This document shows, one piece after another, positions 1 through 9,648 of a DNA stretch of 64,000 bases (within the stretch, counting starts at the first letter, position 1; each line of letters opens with the position of its first letter). The notes under the pieces are model-generated. The model saw nothing but the letters and a program-made list of their open reading frames with translations, did not search any database and had not been told where the DNA came from. This DNA is from a virus (lineage: Duplodnaviria > Caudoviricetes): IMG/VR virus record IMGVR_UViG_3300035208_002115; one strand, 5' to 3'. The position numbers and the translations under genes were made by a program.

Positions 1-548
1 TTGGTTCGGATAATAGGTTCACCTATTAGTTTTATCCGTATAAACATTAAATCATAATCTTCCTTTGTTGTGCCTTTTTCGATTGCATCTTTAATATTTT
101 TTATTAGGAGATTAACTTTATTCACACCTTCATTTTTTTCTTTTTCGGATAACTGATGTGCTTTATTCTCCAATAATTCATAACGAATGGTGTGGATATT
201 TGCCATGAATGTTTTTGTTGGAGATGGAACAATGTCACCTCCTTCGGTTAAAACCCGAACACAATCATCAGCCATGTCCATTATGATGTTTTGATTAGCT
301 GTAATTATTCGGATTTCCTCATCAATTTTTCTCGTTTTAACGATTGCCATTATAAATCCAGTTATCTGACTTAATGATATTTCTCTTTCTGGAAAAAGAT
401 ATGTTGTTGGAGAATATGTGAGCATTTCACCCAATTTATCATAACTGTGATAGGGGGCAACTAAGCACTTTATTATTTTTCCCTCATACAACATTTTAGA
501 TGTTGCTTCCTGTTCAGGAGTTAAGTCGAATAAATTTTTTTGTATCAT
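1..548 (-). CDS. Hypothetical protein, partial (runs off the window start)
   Basis: Open frame from ATG at 548 (MIQKNLFDLTPEQEATSKMLYEG...) to the window edge; translated by eye. Confidence 0.6.
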   Translation of the reverse strand, partial: MIQKNLFDLTPEQEATSKMLYEGKIIKCLVAPYHSYDKLGEMLTYSPTTYLFPEREISLSQITGFIMAIVKTRKIDEEIRIITANQNIIMDMADDCVRVLTEGGDIVPSPTKTFMANIHTIRYELLENKAHQLSEKEKNEGVNKVNLLIKNIKDAIEKGTTKEDYDLMFIRIKLIGEPIIRT

Positions 549-557
549 GATGTATTT

Positions 558-1016
558 TTAAAATATTTTTTTGATAAAATATATAATAACAGTCATTAAA
601 ATAATTATTATAAACATGGAGACTATTAGAATTATAAATGATATCAATCTATTTACAAAATTATTTATCAAAGTTTTAAACTCATTATCCTTCCCTTTTT
701 TGAATAAATTGATATTAAATAAATTTCCAACAAAAAGTCTTGATAAAAAAGTTGGTTCAGGTATTTCTATTGGTTTATTTTCAATTACACACTTTTGCCT
801 ATCCACAGATGATAAAACCATTTTATACCATAATATTACTATTGATAATTGAATAATAATATAAAGGGTTAAGAATTCAATTTGAAAAAAAATGAAAAAT
901 AATATCCAGAGAAGAATTGAGAACCCTAAATTAAAATATAAAAGGCTCTTACGGAATTTTTTTTCCATTTCAATTAATTGTTCTGGAGTCTTAGGATTTT
1001 TTGATTTCATTTCCAA
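558..1016 (-). CDS. Hypothetical membrane protein
   Basis: 152 aa with three hydrophobic stretches. Confidence 0.55.
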   Translation of the reverse strand: MEMKSKNPKTPEQLIEMEKKFRKSLLYFNLGFSILLWILFFIFFQIEFLTLYIIIQLSIVILWYKMVLSSVDRQKCVIENKPIEIPEPTFLSRLFVGNLFNINLFKKGKDNEFKTLINNFVNRLISFIILIVSMFIIIILMTVIIYFIKKIF

Positions 1017-1043
1017 TTTTTTTCAAAGTTAATGAAATAAAAA

Positions 1044-1406
1044 TTATTTATGTCTTTTTCTATGACAATTTGAACATAATAATATACATTTATCTAATTC
1101 TGGTTTTAATACTTCAAATGATTTTCCACCACGTTGACCAAATGCCATTTCTTTTTTTATTGGGTCAGTATGATGAAAATCATATACGCAAATATCATCG
1201 ATTAAACCACAATCAACACACTTTCCACCTAAATATTCAACTGCTTTCGCTTTTATTTCTTTTGAACGATTTGTTGAATATTCAATTCTACAATTTTTAC
1301 AATAACTATCTAAATAATACCAAACCTGACCATTTAATCCTCGTTGTGTACCTCTATAAAATTCAGTATCTTCTTTTTCTTGTATACATTTTTTACATAT
1401 TTTCAT
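1044..1406 (-). CDS. HNH endonuclease-like zinc-binding protein
   Basis: CxxC pairs, YDFHHTDP and KCILLCSNCHRKRH motifs. Confidence 0.75.
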   Translation of the reverse strand: MKICKKCIQEKEDTEFYRGTQRGLNGQVWYYLDSYCKNCRIEYSTNRSKEIKAKAVEYLGGKCVDCGLIDDICVYDFHHTDPIKKEMAFGQRGGKSFEVLKPELDKCILLCSNCHRKRHK

Positions 1407-1482
1407 GTAAAAGTATACGATAATTTAATATAAAAATTACTTAATTTACAGGACTATTCAAAAATTTAAATAGTATCATAAA

Positions 1483-1740
1483 TCATAAATTAAAATGTTC
1501 CCGAATTATTTTATTTGTCGAAATCATTTCCAGAAGAAATTTTTCCAGATTAACTGGTTTTTCTTCCCATTATTCGTCTTCATCATCATACCCCCAAGGT
1601 GTTATTGTGTGTTCTTTTAATGGTTCGTATTTTAGTAATTCTTCATAATGAGATTTACACATTAAATGTTGCCTATAATGACCAACAGACACACCATCTT
1701 TTTCGATACGATATTCAATGACATTAGCTGATGTACTCAT
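1483..1740 (-). pseudogene. Small hypothetical gene with a probable premature TAA at 1570-1572
   Basis: MSTSANVIEY...WGYDDEDE*WEEKPVNLEKFLLEMISTNKIIREHFNL*; the frame stays open for 28 codons after the stop. Confidence 0.4.
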
Positions 1741-1741
1741 T

Positions 1742-1993
1742 TTAATATCCTTTTTCTTTATAATATTGTTCTCTTGATATACCTCTCTTTTCAATTTTAT
1801 CGAGGTCATTCAAACCCAACGGTGGACGACCACTATTATTTTTTGTGACACAATCTAAACAAATTTCATCTGATGTCCACTTCATTTCCATGCGACCATT
1901 TTTTTCTTCGGCATCATACCAGAGCCATATAAACTCACGACCACATTTAGGACAAAACTCCCCACTTCCAGATTTATGATGAATTTTTTTCAT
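1742..1993 (-). CDS. Small zinc-ribbon protein
   Basis: CPKCG...CLDC; 83 aa. Confidence 0.55.
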   Translation of the reverse strand: MKKIHHKSGSGEFCPKCGREFIWLWYDAEEKNGRMEMKWTSDEICLDCVTKNNSGRPPLGLNDLDKIEKRGISREQYYKEKGY

Positions 1994-1995
1994 TT

Positions 1996-2193
1996 TTAAT
2001 TATTTTTAATCATATGAGAACAAATTTCATATATCCACCCCCTTTTTGTCGATTTACTATAAGCAGCTCTACTATTAATTTCAAATTCCCTTCTGGATAT
2101 ATATTTTAATGATTCTTGATGACATCTTTCTTTTGTCCAATAATTGTTTGGTTTTCTATGTTTACTTATTTTTATATTTGATGTGTGATTCAT
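1996..2193 (-). CDS. Small protein resembling a homing-endonuclease-associated repeat module
   Basis: NNYWTKERCHQESLKY...CSHM pattern. Confidence 0.45.
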   Translation of the reverse strand: MNHTSNIKISKHRKPNNYWTKERCHQESLKYISRREFEINSRAAYSKSTKRGWIYEICSHMIKNN

Positions 2194-2242
2194 CCTTTAA
2201 TGTTTTTAACAACGCCTTGGTCAGAAATGGTGTATGTGGTGT

Positions 2243-2470
2243 TTAATATATGCTCAGTGTATTCCATTTAATATAACCATTGGTAAAATAATTAATACCT
2301 TCTTCGGTATCTGTATAATCACAGAGTTTACCACATTTGGTACAGTATTTTCCAACTATTGGAACATAATGGATAATACCTTGAACAAATCGTCCATGAA
2401 TGTCTGGTCGTTGGGTCATGTTATATTCACCAACTTTTGTTTCGGCTTGGCAACAGGTAGATTATATCAT
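2243..2470 (-). pseudogene. Small Cys-rich protein interrupted by TAA at codon 3
   Basis: MI*STCCQAETKVG...YCTKCGKLCD...; ATG at 2470 directly follows the upstream gene. Confidence 0.45.
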
Positions 2471-2474
2471 ATAT

Positions 2475-2969
2475 TTATTTTTTAAAGATTGCCCACCATC
2501 TGGTGGAATTTATATTATAACTAAATGATAATCCATATTCTTGTATTATTTTTTTGAAATCTTTTTCATCAACTTTCCATTGATTTCTCACAAATTTCTT
2601 TAATAAGTAATGTTGATTTTCACCAGTGAATGGGTCAGCTAAACGAATATGATTTCCGTTATGCCCAAGATAAACTGAAAAATGTGGTACATCCAAACTA
2701 TAAACAATAATCGGAAGCCACCCATCTGCTATGTATTCATTAAGTTTATCAAAATCACCGTTTTCACCAAACTGACATTGTAAACCTAAAATCTTAGCAC
2801 CATCTATTAAAGAATCATACGATGTACCTTCTTCTTGTTTAGAATCTAATATACAAACCATTTCTTCTTCACTTGGAACAGGCATGTTAAAATAATCCAA
2901 TACCATTTGAAGTGTGGCACAACCACAGGTGTAATTAGTTTTTTGTTTGTATATTTTTATGTTCAGCAT
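2475..2969 (-). CDS. Peptidase C39-like (papain-fold) cysteine protease
   Basis: Q-x5-C (QKTNYTCG), PHFSV and LADP give the Gln/Cys/His/Asp set. Confidence 0.8.
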   Translation of the reverse strand: MLNIKIYKQKTNYTCGCATLQMVLDYFNMPVPSEEEMVCILDSKQEEGTSYDSLIDGAKILGLQCQFGENGDFDKLNEYIADGWLPIIVYSLDVPHFSVYLGHNGNHIRLADPFTGENQHYLLKKFVRNQWKVDEKDFKKIIQEYGLSFSYNINSTRWWAIFKK

Positions 2970-2988
2970 AATTGAAATTTTTATATCT

Positions 2989-3252
2989 TCAATAACTATT
3001 TAAACGATTCCATTCTTCATTTGTTAACAATTGTTCTATTTTCTTTTTGAGAAATTCACGGGGTGTTGGCGCAGGTAACATATTAATGTTTATTTGCGGT
3101 GAGTTTTTCCATTTTTCTGGAACTATGATTTCACCAGTTTCAGCTTTATAAAAACTTTCCAGAATATATTCCAATAACTTTGAACGTTTTTGTAATATTT
3201 CAATTTCTGAAAAAAGGTTTGTTACTGTTTCTAATTCAGTTAAATTTATCAT
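2989..3252 (-). CDS. Hypothetical protein
   Basis: 87-aa ORF in a co-oriented run. Confidence 0.55.
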   Translation of the reverse strand: MINLTELETVTNLFSEIEILQKRSKLLEYILESFYKAETGEIIVPEKWKNSPQININMLPAPTPREFLKKKIEQLLTNEEWNRLNSY

Positions 3253-3323
3253 AATTACACATTTTTAGTTGTGTAAAAATATCATAAAAATACTGAATAA
3301 AAAAATCGCAGCTATACAAAATA

Positions 3324-3364
3324 AAAAATGCACGATTGCGTTGTTTTTGCAATCGTGCATTTTT
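3324..3364. terminator. Intrinsic terminator, probably bidirectional
   Basis: Perfect 16-bp inverted repeat AAAAATGCACGATTGC-N9-GCAATCGTGCATTTTT just downstream of ORF 3382-4065. Confidence 0.8.
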
Positions 3365-3381
3365 AATGCAATTATAATTTT

Positions 3382-4065
3382 TTAATGACCCCAAGATGAA
3401 TAAACACCAGCATCACCACTTGTATATGGATAAAGTGGATATCGACCACCAATATGTGGTTTTTCAGAATAAGTTGTAACAACCAAAGGTTTATATATTT
3501 CTTCACCTGCGAATTTATCTTTTAATGGTCTTACATTAACACTATCATGACCACTCGTGTTAGGAACAGATTCACCTGCAATCGGTTTAACCCAAACAGA
3601 TTTGTCACCAACTTTAGTTACTTGATAAAAATCAACGTTAGTTTGGTCGTAACCCCAACTACTGTAAAGTAAATCACCAACTTTATATGGATTTACCATA
3701 TCTTTACGTTTCTGTTGTTTAAGAGATTTTTCATCTTCTTTTCTTTTAATCCAAGAGTGTTCATTTGTTATGAAATCAGTTAGAACTTGTAACATTCTTT
3801 CTGGTTTAGAATACCTATAATTTTGTTTAATTTTATAACCTGAGTATTTACCTTTTGGTGTCAATTTTAGAATACCCATAGTAAGTTTTTCCATATTAAT
3901 AGCAATAAGATAATCCATAAACCTAAAATCGTAAGTCCCTTCATCTATTAATTTTTTGGCTTCTTCTACATCATTTACAACAGGTATTTCATCTTTATTT
4001 TTATAAATATCCATTATACTTTCTGTAAGTAATATGTGGTCTGTAAATGTTTGTATATGTTTCAT
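3382..4065 (-). CDS. Hypothetical protein with N-terminal capsid-targeting-like motif
   Basis: MKHIQTFTDHILLTES start; C-terminal VGDLLYSSWGYDQTNVDFYQV domain. Confidence 0.65.
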   Translation of the reverse strand: MKHIQTFTDHILLTESIMDIYKNKDEIPVVNDVEEAKKLIDEGTYDFRFMDYLIAINMEKLTMGILKLTPKGKYSGYKIKQNYRYSKPERMLQVLTDFITNEHSWIKRKEDEKSLKQQKRKDMVNPYKVGDLLYSSWGYDQTNVDFYQVTKVGDKSVWVKPIAGESVPNTSGHDSVNVRPLKDKFAGEEIYKPLVVTTYSEKPHIGGRYPLYPYTSGDAGVYSSWGH

Positions 4066-4073
4066 GATATAAA

Positions 4074-4664
4074 TTATTTTAATTTAGTTAATAAATCATC
4101 TAATTCAGCATCGGATAATTTATATAAATTTTTATGAAGTATTGCTAATTTCTCACGTTTTTTAGTTTTATCATTTGTGGGGGTTTGTGTTTCTATCGAT
4201 GGTTCATCTTCTAAAACTGAAGCAGCTTTAAAACCTCTCGATGTTCTTGGGTCTTTTAATAAAGTTCCAAGTGTTATTTTTTCATCTGAAAAAGTCGGTT
4301 TCCAGTCATTTCTACTAAATGGTTGACTCATCCTTCCTCTACCACTACTGAATTTTTTTAGAGTTTCTTGGATGTTTTTGGTATCTGGTTTATTAATAGT
4401 TCCAACATTATCTTCGAAAAGAAGTGTATCTCTTGTACCTGCTCCTATTCCAGTTTTAACATGAACATCAATAACTTTTAAAAGTAAATTACCAGTATTA
4501 TTCATATAAAGAAATGCATATTTATAAACATTATCATATTCCCAATGCCAATTAGATTCATTAGTCGCTATTAAATTATAACCTTCTGGTTTATATTTCT
4601 GAGCATACTCAGATTCGAATGTAGTTGCTTCAGTTATTAATATAAATGGTTTTATATGTTTCAT
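4074..4664 (-). CDS. Hypothetical protein with N-terminal capsid-targeting-like motif
   Basis: MKHIKPFILITEA; TAATATATA motif upstream at 4686-4694. Confidence 0.65.
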   Translation of the reverse strand: MKHIKPFILITEATTFESEYAQKYKPEGYNLIATNESNWHWEYDNVYKYAFLYMNNTGNLLLKVIDVHVKTGIGAGTRDTLLFEDNVGTINKPDTKNIQETLKKFSSGRGRMSQPFSRNDWKPTFSDEKITLGTLLKDPRTSRGFKAASVLEDEPSIETQTPTNDKTKKREKLAILHKNLYKLSDAELDDLLTKLK

Positions 4665-4706
4665 ATTGTCGATAATATTTTTTTGTATATATTAAAAATA
4701 AAATTA

Positions 4707-5141
4707 TTATTTTTTATCATAAGTATTTAATATTTCTACATCATCGAAGTTAGGAACATATATCTCATATTCATATGGATTCATAACTCTTGTTCTAATA
4801 GTTTGTTCAATATCTATCACATTTTCATTTGGTATTAATCCCTCACATATATTATTACCGAAACCTTCAGCTACTCTAATATCAGTTGTCCATGATGTAC
4901 CTTCATAATTATCATCTGGGTTTATTGTATCAATACCCCTGTAAACTTTTAACGGGTATTTAATATTTTTTACATAATCAATAACTTTTTGAATTTTTTG
5001 CAATGCTTGTTCTTCATCATAGAAATCCATACCATCCATAGCATAAAAATCATCAATATAATAATCAGGTTGATATATTAATTCGTTTGTATCATTTAAC
5101 CATTCATTTAGAGTGGTTTTTATGTATGTTTTATTTTTCAT
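4707..5141 (-). CDS. ADP-ribosyltransferase-fold protein (R-S-E type), putative
   Basis: VYRG...SWTT...VAEGF...EYE motif order. Confidence 0.55.
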   Translation of the reverse strand: MKNKTYIKTTLNEWLNDTNELIYQPDYYIDDFYAMDGMDFYDEEQALQKIQKVIDYVKNIKYPLKVYRGIDTINPDDNYEGTSWTTDIRVAEGFGNNICEGLIPNENVIDIEQTIRTRVMNPYEYEIYVPNFDDVEILNTYDKK

Positions 5142-5622
5142 TTAAAAAATAAAAGTAGTTTTGTAACTGGTCTTCATATTGAAAATATAATATATCTTTT
5201 GGTGTATAATTCACCATTTCACGACCTTTGATGATTACGCCATCATATCCGAGTTTCATCATTTCAGCCTCAATGGATGTTTTAGCCTCAAAATCTCTTT
5301 TATCAGGGAAATCTTTTCCTTGTTCTTTGGAAAATTTAAAAACTAATGTATTATAAAACCAAATTTCCCAGTCATTTAAGGTATTGAACATTTTAGGTTT
5401 TTTAGGAGTTGCATTAACAACAAATTGTACAGCACCATATTGTTTTGCAAGAGCTTTATTTGCCAGTGAAGCTGTGTATAAACCTCTACCCAAAATAGCT
5501 GAACCACCATTTTCTTCTTTTCCAACTTCTCTTATTCCTCTTATGGTTACATTTTTTCTTTTCCACTTCAGATAATCAGCATGGGAAACATCTTCATTTA
5601 TAAAATCAATATATTTCAACAT
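5131..5622 (-). CDS. ADP-ribosyltransferase-fold protein, putative, with capsid-targeting-like N-terminus
   Basis: MLKYIDFINED; TIRG...GRGLYTA...AKQYG...GYDGVI...E pattern. Confidence 0.5.
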   Translation of the reverse strand: MLKYIDFINEDVSHADYLKWKRKNVTIRGIREVGKEENGGSAILGRGLYTASLANKALAKQYGAVQFVVNATPKKPKMFNTLNDWEIWFYNTLVFKFSKEQGKDFPDKRDFEAKTSIEAEMMKLGYDGVIIKGREMVNYTPKDILYFQYEDQLQNYFYFLNEK

Positions 5623-5770
5623 TATTTTTATTAATATTTTTTAGGTATATATTAAAAATAATAAAGATACTTATCATGTGTATATTATTTTTTATTATAC
5701 ATTTGTATATTAATAATTCCAGTTATGAAATTGTAGTAGTACTGGACAGTAATAATTTAATAAATAAAAA

Positions 5771-7927
5771 GTGATGATTGAGTTTAACAAACTAATTCAA
5801 GCCCAATTCAACAAGATGTGTGAAACGGGTAAGTTATTTCGTAGTTCGTTGACTGGTCAAGAAGTGTGGGATTTGTATATTAAAAGTTTTCCAAAAGAAC
5901 ACAATCCCATATTCAGAAGTCCAGACAGTTCTTCTCATAACTGTAATCACTGTAATAACTTTATTCGTAGATATGGTAATATCGTTACCATTGATGAAAA
6001 TCTCAATGTTGTTACGATGTTTGATGTTGATGCAGATGAAGAATACAGTGCAGTAGCTAAAGTGGTAGATTCTAAACTAAAATCGGCTACGGTTTCGGGT
6101 GTTTTCTTTGAAACTTTCAGCGAGCTAAATTCTTTACCTTATGAGAAATGTTCTAAAACAAATGAAATTTTCAGATTGGGTATTGACAAAAACGTAAAGC
6201 AATACACAAAAGAGGAAGCTGAATTGTATAAAAATTCAGATAATTCTTTCATAGTTAAACCTGAAGAAATTAGAACATTTAATCATTTACATCTTAATCT
6301 ACCAAGGGTATTTGTAGATATGGGTGATGATTCAGTTGAAAAAATAATGGCTAATTATCGAGATGCCAAAAATGTTTTTCAAAAGGCTATGCAAGTGATA
6401 CCGCTTGATACACTCAATCTGGTGAAAGACCTTATTAACCAAGGTTCACTGCTGGATGGACAAACTCATTTGTATAAATTACACCAAATCATACCATTAA
6501 AAGAACAATATGATAAATTATCCGATGATAAAAAGGATAATTGGTGTTGGATTAACAGTTATAAACTTCCATTTGCTAAGTTCAAAAATGAATTAATTGG
6601 TACTTTATGCACCGAGTTGGCAGAGGGGGAAGAATTAAACAAAGCATGTCAGTCTTGGAATAAAAGAGTTGACCCAGTTAATTATATGAAAACTGTTGCT
6701 CCGATTACCAAGAAACAAATTGAAGAAGCTAAAAAATTCGTTGAAGAAAATGGTTATGAAGAATCTTTTAATAGAAGATTTGCCACAATTGATGATATTA
6801 AAGCTTCGGAAATTAAACACATCAATGTTGGAGACGGTAAATTAAAAACAGTTTCTATATTCGATAATGTTAAATCGACTTCTACTCGTCACAAAAGAAG
6901 TGAATTTGATAATGTGGAAGAAGTAACTATTGAAAAGTTTATGTCGGAGGTTCTTCCTTCGTGTACTTCAGTTGAAGCGTATTTGTCTAACAAATATGAA
7001 GGTAATCTTGTTTCTTTAACAACAGCTAACAATAAAGAAAGCAAACCTATATTCAAATGGAATAACAATTACAGTTGGACATTCAATGGTAACTTGGCTG
7101 GTAAATCGATGATTAAAGATGCTGTTGAAGCTAAAGGTGGTAAGGTTGATGGTGTATTGCGTTTCTCTATTATGTGGGCAGAAAATGACCCAACAGATAA
7201 TTCCGATTTAGATGCTCATGCACAAGAACCAAATGGTACTCATATTTATTATTCGTCTGATTACAGAAAAGACAGAGGAAATCATAGAACTTCTATGTCT
7301 GGACAGTTGGATATTGATATAACTCAACCTAATAATTTTAGTAATAAAAATATTGTTGAGAATATCGCTTGGACTGATATCAAAAGAATGAAAGATGGTG
7401 TTTACAAATTGTGGATTAACCAATATGCCAGTAGGGGTTCTAAAGGATTCAAAGCTGAAATTGAATTCGGGGGCGAAATTTATTCTTATGAATATAATAA
7501 ACCCGTATCAGGCAATGTACAAGTAGCTGAAGTTACTTTTAATAATGGGGAATTTACCATTAAGCATTTACTACCTGAAATTGCATCATCTAAAGAACTT
7601 TATGGTTTACAAACAAATGAATTTCATAAAGTGAATTTAGTGTGTCTAAGTCCTAATCATTGGGGAGATAATAATGTAGGAAATAAACATTATTTATTCA
7701 TGCTTGATGATTGTAAATGTCCAGTAAATATTCGTAGTTTTCATAATGAAAACTTGATACCAGAATTAGCACAACATCGCAAAGTTCTCGAAGTACTGGG
7801 TAACACTACTATGATTGAACCTGCTAATAAACAATTATCTGGTTTTGGGTTCAATGCTACTGTTCGAGATGAACTTATTGTTAAATTACAAGGGTCATTC
7901 AAACGAGTAATTAAAATAAAATTTTAA
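5771..7927 (+). CDS. Large hypothetical protein with CxxC and a YfaP/DUF2135-like segment
   Basis: 718 aa; HNCNHC; DLDAHAQEPNGTHIYY...GQLDID; TACATTTG upstream. Confidence 0.6.
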   Translation: MMIEFNKLIQAQFNKMCETGKLFRSSLTGQEVWDLYIKSFPKEHNPIFRSPDSSSHNCNHCNNFIRRYGNIVTIDENLNVVTMFDVDADEEYSAVAKVVDSKLKSATVSGVFFETFSELNSLPYEKCSKTNEIFRLGIDKNVKQYTKEEAELYKNSDNSFIVKPEEIRTFNHLHLNLPRVFVDMGDDSVEKIMANYRDAKNVFQKAMQVIPLDTLNLVKDLINQGSLLDGQTHLYKLHQIIPLKEQYDKLSDDKKDNWCWINSYKLPFAKFKNELIGTLCTELAEGEELNKACQSWNKRVDPVNYMKTVAPITKKQIEEAKKFVEENGYEESFNRRFATIDDIKASEIKHINVGDGKLKTVSIFDNVKSTSTRHKRSEFDNVEEVTIEKFMSEVLPSCTSVEAYLSNKYEGNLVSLTTANNKESKPIFKWNNNYSWTFNGNLAGKSMIKDAVEAKGGKVDGVLRFSIMWAENDPTDNSDLDAHAQEPNGTHIYYSSDYRKDRGNHRTSMSGQLDIDITQPNNFSNKNIVENIAWTDIKRMKDGVYKLWINQYASRGSKGFKAEIEFGGEIYSYEYNKPVSGNVQVAEVTFNNGEFTIKHLLPEIASSKELYGLQTNEFHKVNLVCLSPNHWGDNNVGNKHYLFMLDDCKCPVNIRSFHNENLIPELAQHRKVLEVLGNTTMIEPANKQLSGFGFNATVRDELIVKLQGSFKRVIKIKF

Positions 7928-7954
7928 AATAATAACAAATTAAAAATTTCAATT

Positions 7955-8326
7955 ATGTATAAACAAGCAAGTCAATTACAGTTAAGAATTCCTACCAATG
8001 TAGGTTCATTATCTGTTGAACAACTTTGGGGATTAACTCAAACACAGTTGTCAAATGCGATTAAAGCAATCAAAAAAGTGTTAAAAAAGAGCGATGATGA
8101 TGAATTGTCGTTCCTTGAAGATACCAAGGTTGTTGATGTTGAAAATCAGCTTCGTTTCGATATTCTGAAAGATGTATATCTTACGAAGAAGAAAGAGGCC
8201 GAAGAACTTAGAAATGCTGCTGAAGATAAAGCACATAATCAAAAGATTCTTACTTTAATTGCAGAAAAAAGAGAAGGTAAACTTAGAGATATGTCTGAGG
8301 AAGAATTACAAGCACTTCTTCGATAA
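7955..8326 (+). CDS. Hypothetical coiled-coil protein, operonic with the 718-aa gene
   Basis: 123 aa, LSVEQLW motif, followed by a terminator. Confidence 0.65.
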   Translation: MYKQASQLQLRIPTNVGSLSVEQLWGLTQTQLSNAIKAIKKVLKKSDDDELSFLEDTKVVDVENQLRFDILKDVYLTKKKEAEELRNAAEDKAHNQKILTLIAEKREGKLRDMSEEELQALLR

Positions 8327-8349
8327 TTAATAAGTGATATTGTATAATA

Positions 8350-8378
8350 AAAAAAGTGGGGTTATTCCCCACTTTTTT
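8350..8378. terminator. Bidirectional intrinsic terminator between convergent genes
   Basis: AAAAAAGTGGGG-TTATT-CCCCACTTTTTT. Confidence 0.85.
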
Positions 8379-8655
8379 CGTTTATATCGTGAACTTTATT
8401 TAAATCTCTTTCGACTGATTTGACAGTTACTTTGAAATCGTTTAATTCTTTTAAACTTCTCATTTCATAAAGTTTCTCACTATTTTCTAATACCTTATAA
8501 AAATTTGTTGTTAATTCTTTTAAAACTTTTGTGAACTCTTTTTTGTTATAATTTTGGATTGAACTTGTTTTTTCTTTTGGAGTTTCTTTATTTTTTCTTT
8601 TCTGAAACTCATCTGTCATCTCTGTGTAATTTGCGTTTCCTGAAATATTATCCAT
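8362..8655 (-). CDS. Hypothetical protein
   Basis: 97-aa ORF. Confidence 0.55.
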   Translation of the reverse strand: MDNISGNANYTEMTDEFQKRKNKETPKEKTSSIQNYNKKEFTKVLKELTTNFYKVLENSEKLYEMRSLKELNDFKVTVKSVERDLNKVHDINEKSGE

Positions 8656-8674
8656 AGATATAAAATGTTTTAAT

Positions 8675-9007
8675 TTATATCTTATATGCTATTTTTTTCA
8701 AATAGTTTTGTGAAGTTTCAGAATTTATTTTATCTTTTATGTGTGGTAATAAATTATTATCAACCCAGAATCCACATACATTACCTTTTCGTTGACCGTT
8801 CATCCGACAACGAAGTTCCATAGATTTATATCTTTTCTCTATTTGGTCTGGGTTATTTTTATCAATTTCTGTTATACCTTCTACGCCTTCATCATCCAAT
8901 ATGCCCATATGGAGCGTATGAGTTCTTTCGAATTCTATACGTTCGTCTGATTTGTTTATTTCGTGAAGCTTCACGAATCTTTCGAGTTTCTTATCCATAA
9001 CGTTCAC
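8675..9007 (-). CDS. Hypothetical protein
   Basis: 110-aa ORF; the real start may be 8998. Confidence 0.55.
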   Translation of the reverse strand: MNVMDKKLERFVKLHEINKSDERIEFERTHTLHMGILDDEGVEGITEIDKNNPDQIEKRYKSMELRCRMNGQRKGNVCGFWVDNNLLPHIKDKINSETSQNYLKKIAYKI

Positions 9008-9332
9008 CTTCTGGTTTAGCCCACCAATCTTTATAATATTGAACTTGTTCTTCTAAATTAATAGGTTTATCATTAAATTTACGGTGAAAAGATTTTAATA
9101 TAATACCAGACATATCGTCTGCATGTGCTATACCTAATGAATTAAACCATTTGGCTACTTCACTTTTATACCACAATTTTAAATCGTTACGCAATCTCTG
9201 ACCAAGGGTGCGATGTAATCCAATCACATCATCTTCAGATAAAGTTTTAACCCATTCAAAATCTTCATCTGATAAATATGTTTTTATTTGTGCAAAACAC
9301 AAACTCAACATTTTTTCGTTATTATATTTCAT
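8991..9332 (-). CDS. DUF6794-like protein
   Basis: LHRTLGQRLRNDLKLW...HADDMSGIILKSFHR pattern, recalled from this family. Confidence 0.5.
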   Translation of the reverse strand: MKYNNEKMLSLCFAQIKTYLSDEDFEWVKTLSEDDVIGLHRTLGQRLRNDLKLWYKSEVAKWFNSLGIAHADDMSGIILKSFHRKFNDKPINLEEQVQYYKDWWAKPEGERYG

Positions 9333-9374
9333 TTTTTTAGATGTTTTTAATCTACAATAATCCTCATTTTTATA

Positions 9375-9648
9375 TGTTCACTCACCTAAGACTGTCAACG
9401 GCAGCATGAATATTCGATATGCCTACCTTCAATTTAGCGTGTTCACTCACCCTTTGCTATCAAAATGCAATGTATACCCATGATGTGTCTACCTTCAATT
9501 TAGCGTGTTCACTCACCAGTCTAAAGTTTTATACGAATAAAGGTCTCGATGTGTCTACCTTCAATTTAGCGTGTTCACTCACCAAAAGGATAAGTCGATC
9601 AGCATCCCTACCGATGTGTCTACCTTCAATTTAGCGTGTTCACTCACC
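9375..9648 (-). CRISPR. CRISPR-like array 1: four full 36-bp repeats, one degenerate terminal remnant and four spacers; leader end lies inside ORF 9579-9914
   Basis: + strand repeat GATGTGTCTACCTTCAATTTAGCGTGTTCACTCACC at 9482, 9548 and 9613 (exact) and 9416 (2 mismatches); remnant TGTTCACTCACC ends at 9386; unique spacers of 29, 30, 30 and 29 bp; degeneration toward the left implies minus-strand orientation. Confidence 0.85.

Noticed and set aside
9419-9634. 71-aa + strand ORF with TFNLACSLT repeats
   Set aside because: Antisense read-through of the array-1 repeats
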